A stretch of DNA of 64,000 bases, taken from contig CM119265.1 in the NCBI GenBank assembly GCA_051294375.1, forward strand, positions 3,511,869 to 3,575,868, in the 5' to 3' direction. How positions within the stretch are numbered: position 1 is the first letter of the stretch; the number at the start of each line of letters is the position of its first letter. Source of the DNA: Paraspadella gotoi. Lineage: Eukaryota > Animalia > Chaetognatha. Below, piece by piece: positions 55,276-64,000 of this stretch. The notes below the pieces were generated by a model. It did no database searches and had not been told where the DNA came from. It saw only the letters and a list, made by a program, of their open reading frames with translations. The translations under genes were made by a program, and so were the position numbers.

Positions 55276-55471
55276 AGAGAGTGAGAGAGAGAGAGAGAAG
55301 AGAGAGAGAGAGCGAGAGAGAGGAGAGAGAGAGAGATGAGAGAGAGAGAAAAAGAGTTTGGTTCCTGCCTATTCTTCTTCTTAATGGAAATCGTTAAAAT
55401 CTTTTCTTTCTTTGGCTTCGGCGATAGCAAAGGATCGTTAATTCGAAAGATAAAACGTTAGTTATTTGACG

Positions 55472-55541
<70 letters not shown>

Positions 55542-55981
55542 GTTTTGAATTGCAAAGTGACAAGAAGACTTTTAAGATTTCATTAGAGAGAGAGAGAGAA
55601 CAACATCTGTCACTAATCCCGTCAACATCGAATTTTATTCGTTAGAACCGAAAAAAAATCGTTTAAAACGTAAAATTAAACCCAAATTAACGAACATTCG
55701 GCAAAGAAATTTCGAAATTAAAAAAGTTCGTAATCGCGGAACAACTTTGAAAAATTTTAAAAAGAGGCGTTAATATAAAATGGGACGTCGTCTCGAAATT
55801 AAGAAAGGAGACGTGAATTACAGGGTGACGAAGAAAATTGGAAGACAAGAATCACAGGGTGTCTCAAAACGAGACGTACGAATTCAGTTAACGGAGGAAA
55901 AAAAAAAAGAAAAGATTTAGAACGACGATAAAAATCTTATATCGTTTTCTCTCTTTTTTGAGGCTGATTGGATTTTTAGTG

Positions 55982-56021
<40 letters not shown>

Positions 56022-56727
56022 CTCTCTCTTCTCTTCTCTTCCTCTCTCTCTCTCTACTCGTCTCTCTCTCTTCTCTGGTCTTCTCTCTCTTCTCTTTCTC
56101 TTCATTGTCTCATGGCAGAGGCGGCAAGGAATGTTCACTTGTCCTTTATTATTTTTATCTTGTTTTCTGTCATGTTAAATTTAGTTAATTTTCACTAACA
56201 CATTCACATTCCATGTCGTACAAGGTGGTCCGTACATGGACTGGATGTCCGTCGTTTTCCTGATGGACAGTACATACAAACAATGTACATCGTACTGCAT
56301 TTTACTTATTGTACTTTTTTAATGGAGATAATTTGTATAATGTGGAAGATTTTGAGAGGTTAATAAACTCTTTTTTTTTACGTTTTTGTAAATGAATTTG
56401 TCAATTCATGAATTTTAAAGAGATAAATGATAAAATGACCACAAAAAAAACACGAAAATCGAGAAATTTTTAAATAAATTAAAAACTTCGAAAACAAAAA
56501 ATTGAGAATTTCGCGGAAAACAAAAAAAAATTAGTGAACCGGATTTTGGCGAAAAAAAAAACAGATAAAAGTAAAAAGAAAAAAAGAAAAAAAGTGGAAA
56601 AAGTAAAAAAGGAAGAAAAAAATTAACGAGAGGGGAAGAGGAGGGTGACCGGGACAAGTCAATTGGAGGAGGAAGAGGGAAGAGGAAAGGAAAGAGGAGA
56701 CGTCGAGGGTTAAGAGAGAGAGTGTCA

Positions 56728-56762
<35 letters not shown>

Positions 56763-56962
56763 TTATTCACAGCGCGCCAAAGCTTTGTCACAGAAAGTTG
56801 AAGAGGAGGAGGAGAAGGAAGAGGAAGAGGAGGATGAGGAGCGCGCGAGATGCGACGATTTTAATGGAGAGAAGACGAAAAAGACGACGACGACGACGAC
56901 TACGACGACGTCTATTAGAGAAGGAAAGATCGTTTGCGAAGGAAGAGGAAAGAAAGAAAAAA

Positions 56963-57042
<80 letters not shown>

Positions 57043-57733
57043 GAGAAAGAACCTATAATTGAAAGAGAGAAAAAGAAAAAGGATGCAATTGAGAAAAACA
57101 AAGCAACAAACTGATTTTATCAGAGCTGAAATTAGTTTTAAAAAAAAGAATTGGTGACGCATCGATAAAATAATAATTAAAGAAAATTAAAGAAAAAGAA
57201 AGAAAGATTAACTAATTGGATTAATTAGCAGATATTAAATTCGATTTTTATGTGAATCGCTGAAGATGAGATTGAACGACGGTTTGGGAACGAAGTTGAA
57301 GGGAAAGAAAGATAGAAAGAGAGAAAGAAAGAAAGAAAAAAAAAAGAAAGAAAGAAAGAAAAAAAGAAAAGAAAGAAATAAATAAATAAGAAAAATAAAT
57401 AAAAAAAATAAAAAAGAGAGAGCAAAAAAGAAAATAATAAAAAAGAAAGAATGAAGAAAAGAAAGAAAGAAAAGAAGAAAAAAAAAAAATAAATATATAA
57501 AATAAATAAAGAGTAAAGTCAAACTAAAGTCAAGAAAGTGAAAGAAAAGGAAAGCAAAAGAAGAATTTCTATCGAATATTTTCTTTCCTTTTATTTTCAA
57601 AAAAAAAAAAGAAAAAAAATTTCAAATCGTTTTTCATCCGATGCCTTTCATCATTTTTTACAACTCGAGGGAGAAATTGAATTTCTCTAATCTTCTCTCT
57701 CTCTCTCTCTCGTCTCTCTCTCTTCTCTCTCCT

Positions 57734-57772
<39 letters not shown>

Positions 57773-57877
57773 GGCAATCCCCGAACCACGAAAAAAGATT
57801 CCATTTTCGAGGGAAAATATGGTGCGAAAATAGAGAGAGACGCACCCATATTTTGATAAAGAGTCTGGGATGAGAAT

Positions 57878-58199
<322 letters not shown>

Positions 58200-58914
58200 C
58201 AAACCGTCCGCATGTAAAGGAATGGAATCTTAATTCCAATCTGTATCCATTCCACGTTCTTTGGTTCCAAGTCGATCCTTTTTCCGGTTGCTGCAATTCA
58301 TTTCTCGGCGCCCAAGGCCGTAACGACGATAATTTTCTACGCCTGTGACGACGACGCCGCTTTTTTCTGAACGACGCCGCCTTCGAAAGAGACGATGCCG
58401 GTAGAGAACGGCGCCCAACCTTCGGTCCACCCCGCTCCTCTGGAAACTTTCCCTACCCACTGAGGCCTTACCTCTTTTTCTTTAAGCTATTTAACTTACT
58501 TCACACTTACCCCATTGAAGATCCCCCTTTACTCTTTCCTCTCTCCGAAAACTATGAACCTTTTCTTTCACTTTATCCATTTTCTTATTTACTTTCCTAA
58601 CTCAATCTAATTCTCCTTCGCTTTCAATTATTTCAACTGATTTCCTTTTTTTTTTCATCCCTCACATTTTGACTCTTTCTTCTTTCCTTCCTTTTCTTTT
58701 ACTTTCCTCCATTTTCATTTCTCCCTTTCCTCTTCTTTAAATCCTCTCTCTCAACGACGACTGCTCTTTTATTTCCTACCTCACTTCTTCTTTTCCTCCC
58801 TTCTCTTCCTAACTCACTCCTCCCCTTTCTCTTTTCTTCCTCCCCCACGACTTGATTATGGGTCTGATATGATTGATGATCGCGTAATCATCTCTTCTCG
58901 CTTCCCTCTCTCTC

Positions 58915-60517
58915 AGAGAGAGCGACGAGAGAGACTTCGTTAAAAGGGGACGATTACACGCGCAAGAAAATCGTCTCTCCGTTTTAAACGAACCGCGGAG
59001 AACTTCGGTTTTATCGTTTTTTTTATTATCATTTTATTATTATTTTTAATTATTATTTAATTCTTACGGCGACTTTCTGTATAATTAATTCGTAAAGGAA
59101 AAGGAAAGGAATCGTAAAAAATAGGATTTAGATGAGGCGAGAATTTTTAAACGGGGATTTGGAAGTTAAGCCGGAATAAGGGGAGGAGAAACGGCAAGGG
59201 GTGGAGGAGGAGAGGGATGGAAAGGGAAGGAGGTAGGGAGAGGGAGGAATGAGAGGGAGGTGAGGAGGAGAGATGGAGGAAAATGGGGCAGGAAGAGGAG
59301 GGAGGAGAGAGGGAGGGCGGAGGAGGATAGAGGGAGGAACAGGAGAGAAGGGGGAGAGAGAGGGAGGCAGAGAGGGAAGGAGCCGAGAAGAAGAGAGAGG
59401 GAGGAAAGGGATGGGGGGAGAAGGAGAGAGGGAGGAAGGAGGAGGGAGGAGAGAGGCGAAGTGGCGGAGGACGGGAGAAGAGACAGGGAAAGGGAGAGAG
59501 AAAGGGAGGAGAGAGGGAGAAAAATGAAGGGGAGAAAGGAGAGATGGATGAGGAAGGATCCACCTTATAAAGTTAATAGTAAATAATTTGGACTAAGGCC
59601 TTTATTCTCTTTAGATTTACCAAATACCATGTATTATGTAATTAAAAATTAAATATTCATTAAATTGTCAACTTCCGGTTATCGTTCAACGGACCAAAAG
59701 CGACACGAAGCTTTACTTACGAAGAAGTAAGTTGCGAAGCTAAGACGCGGGTGATTGGGATAAGGACAAGGTTATCGGTCGGGAGGTGCTGTCAGCGACG
59801 GGTCCGCTTTGATCAAGCACACCAAGACCGAAGAACATAAAGGTTCAGTTTGTCGTCGGTCGAGATGAGCTCGAGGGAAAAAACGGGCCGTCACATTTCA
59901 GAGGACGTCACTTTCAGAGGGTCACTTTTTTTTCGTAGGAGGTCAGCAGTTTAGCGGGAAGGAATTTCGGCGTCCACTTTTGTATGAATCGTCTTTTAGT
60001 GTCGAGCGGGTGGGGGCGGCGGATGGTAGAGGGCGGAGCGAGTGGAAGTCGTTCGTTGTGCAGTAGACCTGATTCCACGGGCTTCGTCGGCGTTCGTCTT
60101 GTTGTTGTTGTTTGTTGTCGCGTGGGCACCGATTGGGAAAGGCAGAAAGAGAGCGGGGAAAAGCAAGGCATGGTGAGATAAAGGTGTGACATGAGAATTT
60201 TTAGATGACAAGGAGGACACAGGAACACAGCGTAGGTCGTGAATTAGTGGATATGGTCAGCAACGAGGCTGAATTGGGATTGGTGATCTGCGTTCATGCA
60301 AAGAGGTGATTGGGGATTGGTGACTATGGTCAGCATTGAGCTCTCAAAATAAGATATAATAGGAGAATTTCGGCGATGCCAAATTCCCAGGGCAAGGACC
60401 AAATAGCAGAAAGGTCATTTTCGCCAAACGTGGGGAGTTAATCGAATGAGAAAAGTCTTCTCAATTTGGGCGTGAACTCTCTCTCTCTTCTCTTCTCTCT
60501 CTCTCTCTTCTCTCTCT

Positions 60518-60548
<31 letters not shown>

Positions 60549-60821
60549 TCTTCTCTCTCTCTCTCTCTCTTTCTCCCGAGAAAAATAAGGGGCGAGAGTC
60601 ATTCACGCCTGTAGGGGTCTCCCCTATGAAAAGGGAACAGGGTTGAGTCAATTGCGGCGGGTCAAAAAAAAAAGAAGATGGGCGGCCAAACAAAGAACGC
60701 CGTTCTCGAGATCAAACCGCAAAATGGCCATAAACGGTTGGGTGGGGAAAGGAGGAGGGGCGGTGGGGGTTTGGAGGTTTTGGGAGACGCCATTTTGCGG
60801 TCGATTTCTGCCCCTGTGAAT

Positions 60822-60900
<79 letters not shown>

Positions 60901-61445
60901 NNNNNNNNNNNNNNNNNNNNNNNNNNNNNNNNNNNNNNNNNNNNNNNNNNNNNNNNNNNNNNNNNNNNNNNNNNNNNNNNNNNNNNNNNNNNNNNNNNNN
61001 NNNNNNNNNNNNNNNNNNNNNNNNNNNNNNNNNNNNNNNNNNNNNNNNNNNNNNNNNNNNNNNNNNNNNNNNNNNNNNNNNNNNNNNNNNNNNNNNNNNN
61101 NNNNNNNNNNNNNNNNNNNNNNNNNNNNNNNNNNNNNNNNNNNNNNNNNNNNNNNNNNNNNNNNNNNNNNNNNNNNNNNNNNNNNNNNNNNNNNNNNNNN
61201 NNNNNNNNNNNNNNNNNNNNNNNNNNNNNNNNNNNNNNNNNNNTTAAATAATAATAAAATAATAATAAAATGATAATAAAAAACCCGATAAAACGAAGTT
61301 CTCGCGGTTCGTTAAAAACGGAGAGNNNNNNNNNNAAATGATAATAAAAAAAACCGATAAAACGAAGTTCTCGCGGTTCGTTTAAAACGGAGAGACGTTT
61401 TCTTGCCCGTCGTAATCGTCCCCTTTTAACGAAGTCTCTCTCTCG
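58915..61445. repeat. About 145 bp inverted repeat pair (58915-59060 and 61244-61445)
   Basis: gagacttcgttaaaaggggacgattac...tctccgttttaaacgaaccgcg..gaacttcg..ttttatcg...ttattatcattttatt is the reverse complement of the post-gap sequence. 61266-61325 is also tandemly repeated across a 10-N gap. Confidence 0.85.
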
Positions 61446-63890
61446 CTCTCTCTCTTTCTCGCTCTCTCGCTCTCTCTCTTTCCCGCTCTCTCGCTCTCTC
61501 TGTTTGTGTTCTCATTTCATCATCGGCGAAAACTTCGATATGATTTACCCACAATTGGCGGTTGAACCTCATTCAACCAAAGTTCTGATACCCTAATTCT
61601 TCAATGCTGTAATCCCTTCAACCTTTTGCAAGTGTCCTTAAAACGTTCGCCTTTACCCTAATTCCTGTCCTTGAATTAGATATTCAATTAAAAGAAATTA
61701 TTGAATTTATCTATTAATATTATAACATCACAAATTCCGGAAATACAAACCACAGTCATAAGCACCCTTTTTTGATTTAAAATACCATCCCGGTAATTAG
61801 CTACATAACTTCTCGCTAATAATTCCTGAACTTTTTTTCAATAACTGTTANNNNNNNNNNNNNNNNNNNNNNNNNNNNNNNNNNNNNNNNNNNNNNNNNN
61901 NNNNNNNNNNNNNNNNNNNNNNNNNNNNNNNNNNNNNNNNNNNNNNNNNNNNNNNNNNNNNNNNNNNNNNNNNNNNNNNNNNNNNNNNNNNNNNNNNNNN
62001 NNNNNNNNNNNNNNNNNNNNNNNNNNNNNNNNNNNNNNNNNNNNNNNNNNNNNNNNNNNNNNNNNNNNNNNNNNNNNNNNNNNNNNNNNNNNNNNNNNNN
62101 NNNNNNNNNNNNNNNNNNNNNNNNNNNNNNNNNNNNNNNNNNNNNNNNNNNNNNNNNNNNNNNNNNNNNNNNNNNNNNNNNNNNNNNNNNNNNNNNNNAG
62201 AAGATTCGGGAAGTTGTTACGGAAGCTAAGGATATTAGGCATTAGAAAAATCGAGCTCAGCCTTAGTAAAACAAAATGTGTTATTAACTCATTTATCAAG
62301 CCATCACGTTGGGAAGGAACCGATAAAAGCACTTTCAACAAGGAAATGATTAAAATACATATGCAAATTACAATATAAAAAAACAGACTGCTGAATCAAA
62401 AATTAGTAGAAAGAAATATCAAAGAATTAGAACCAGAAGAAAATGGAGAGATAGAGAGAGATGATTTAAAAGGATAGGGTTGAAAGTTAGAGGAAGATTG
62501 GAGACGAAAGAGGAAGACAAAGAGGAAAAGAGAGAGGTAAACCATAAATGAGAGGCAGACACGAGGGGAAGAAGCAGAGGAGAGGAGACGAGGAGAGAGG
62601 GAGGAGAGAGAGAGAGACGATGATTCCAGCGCGCGACTTCTCCTTCGACCGGAAGTTGTAGCGACGCATAATGATGCAACTATATCATCTTTTTCTTTCT
62701 CCCGCCGGTTTTTAATTAAGAGAGAGAGAGAGCAGAGAGAGAGGAGAGACGAGAGAGAGAGTAGAGGCGTGGTCTGAGACATGGCATGAAATTTCTTACG
62801 CAGAGTAGCATGAGAGCAAGAGAGAGAGAGAGCGCAGAGAGAGAGTGTGACTGATATGTCTAAAACCCACATCTGCGGCCTGCCTCACTCGTTTTAACTC
62901 GCGGAAAACGCCCGCCGCCGCGCTCACGCCGCAGCCGCAGCCGGCCGCAGCCGCCGGCGCGCGCTGTCGTCACAGTCAGCATAATTCTCTACCAAAATTA
63001 CATTTGGTCGTCGAATCTTTCAAGTTTCCTGAGTCTCCTTACCTTATAGGTTTGTAAAAATCTCAGTCGTATCTCAAACTCAGAAACAAAGTTCAAATTA
63101 CGTACATTTTTATATTATTTAATGTAATTGTCGTTCGTATATGTTTGAAAGTATCAGCATCAGAATCTGATATGAATAAAACACCTCATTGCTATAATAA
63201 ACAAAGTTGTTTTCTTGAACTGAGTCTTAACCGATATTTAAACATACTTACTTACAATAGTCATAAACGAACACAAATTCCATCTCTTTCTCTTCGATTC
63301 GCTAATTTCCTAATTTCCCTAAACGCAGAAAATAGAAGAAGAATAAAAATAAAAATAAAAATGAAACAATAAAACAATAAAAATGACTTCGAATCTATTT
63401 GTCATTTTTTCTCAGAGTTCATTACCTGACTCAAATCATTTCTCGACCATTTTAGTCCAAAAAAAAGAGAGAAGTTATGATGTGGCTACATAAAATAATT
63501 ATGTTTAATAATGTTTCGATGCGAATTCTCTCTTTCATCATTTATTTTGAAAACAAAGTCAAGTTGAGCTTAAGAAAAATATATTGTGTTGTATAGATGC
63601 TCCCTCTATTTCCAGAAGACAACACTGACTTCCCCTTCCCAAATTAAATTATTAGATAAATAAAACATTTTTTAAAAAAGAAAGCAATATATGTTTGATT
63701 AAATAATATAGATTAAATACTAAATCCTTCATAAAAATATTAAAATATTAAAATAGAAAAATAGAAAATAGTGAAACAAGTAATTTGCAAATTTTCATAT
63801 AATCTCTGAACTTTTCTTTTTATCTTTTGTTTTTCAAAATCATTTTTACGACAACAAAAAAAGCGTAAATTTGGTTTTATTTTCGGTCCA

Positions 63891-64000
63891 TTAACTGCGA
63901 GCAGATTGGGCGGCGGCTTCGGCGTCGGGGGAGGCGGCGGCGGCGGTGGCGGCGGCGGCGGCGGCGGCGGTGGGGTAATCGGCGAACGTCCCTAATGTCC
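63891..64000 (-). CDS. Probable C-terminal end of a second poly-Ala (transcription-factor-like) gene, truncated by the window edge
   Basis: Abrupt GC-rich block reading TLGTFADYPTAAAAAAATAAAASPDAEAAAQSARS* with TAA at 63893-63891, followed by AT-rich UTR-like sequence. A plus-strand poly-Gly reading is also possible. Confidence 0.42.
   Translation of the reverse strand, partial: TLGTFADYPTAAAAAAATAAAASPDAEAAAQSARS

Noticed and set aside
56205-56300. Complex GTAC-rich stretch, possible small exon or hairpin
   Set aside because: No recognisable peptide or convincing stem, so it cannot be supported.
61505-62380. Possible reverse-transcriptase remnants (FADD on minus; LSLSKTKCV on plus)
   Set aside because: Isolated short matches on opposite strands without flanking RT motifs.

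Overview
This is non-bacterial, apparently invertebrate animal genomic DNA from a hybrid short-read plus long-read gap-filled draft assembly. It is AT-rich, not CpG-depleted, and saturated with (AG)n, (ACG)n, (AAT)n, (AAAG)n and (ATTGT)n microsatellites, so almost all ORFs in the supplied track are spurious. The real coding content appears to be the N-terminal part of a spliced minus-strand developmental transcription-factor gene: exons at about 44726-44774, 21299-21865 and 20642-20884, duplicated at 487-1083 and 1-65. It carries an eh1 Groucho-binding motif (LPFSI[A/G]VLL), a YPW hexapeptide-like motif and poly-Ala/Asn/Ser tracts. No DNA-binding domain is visible, so I give no gene name. A second poly-Ala coding end probably enters at the right edge (63891-64000, minus). 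Two adjacent non-autonomous TIR elements sit in the large intron. The apparent ~9.4-10 kb triplication (1-30470), the ~0.9 kb duplication at 52.8-54.7 kb and the inverted match at 58.9/61.3 kb are best explained as assembly artefacts: base-identical error-laden copies, 25-N gaps and a probable PacBio adapter remnant. I found no convincing novel biological system.
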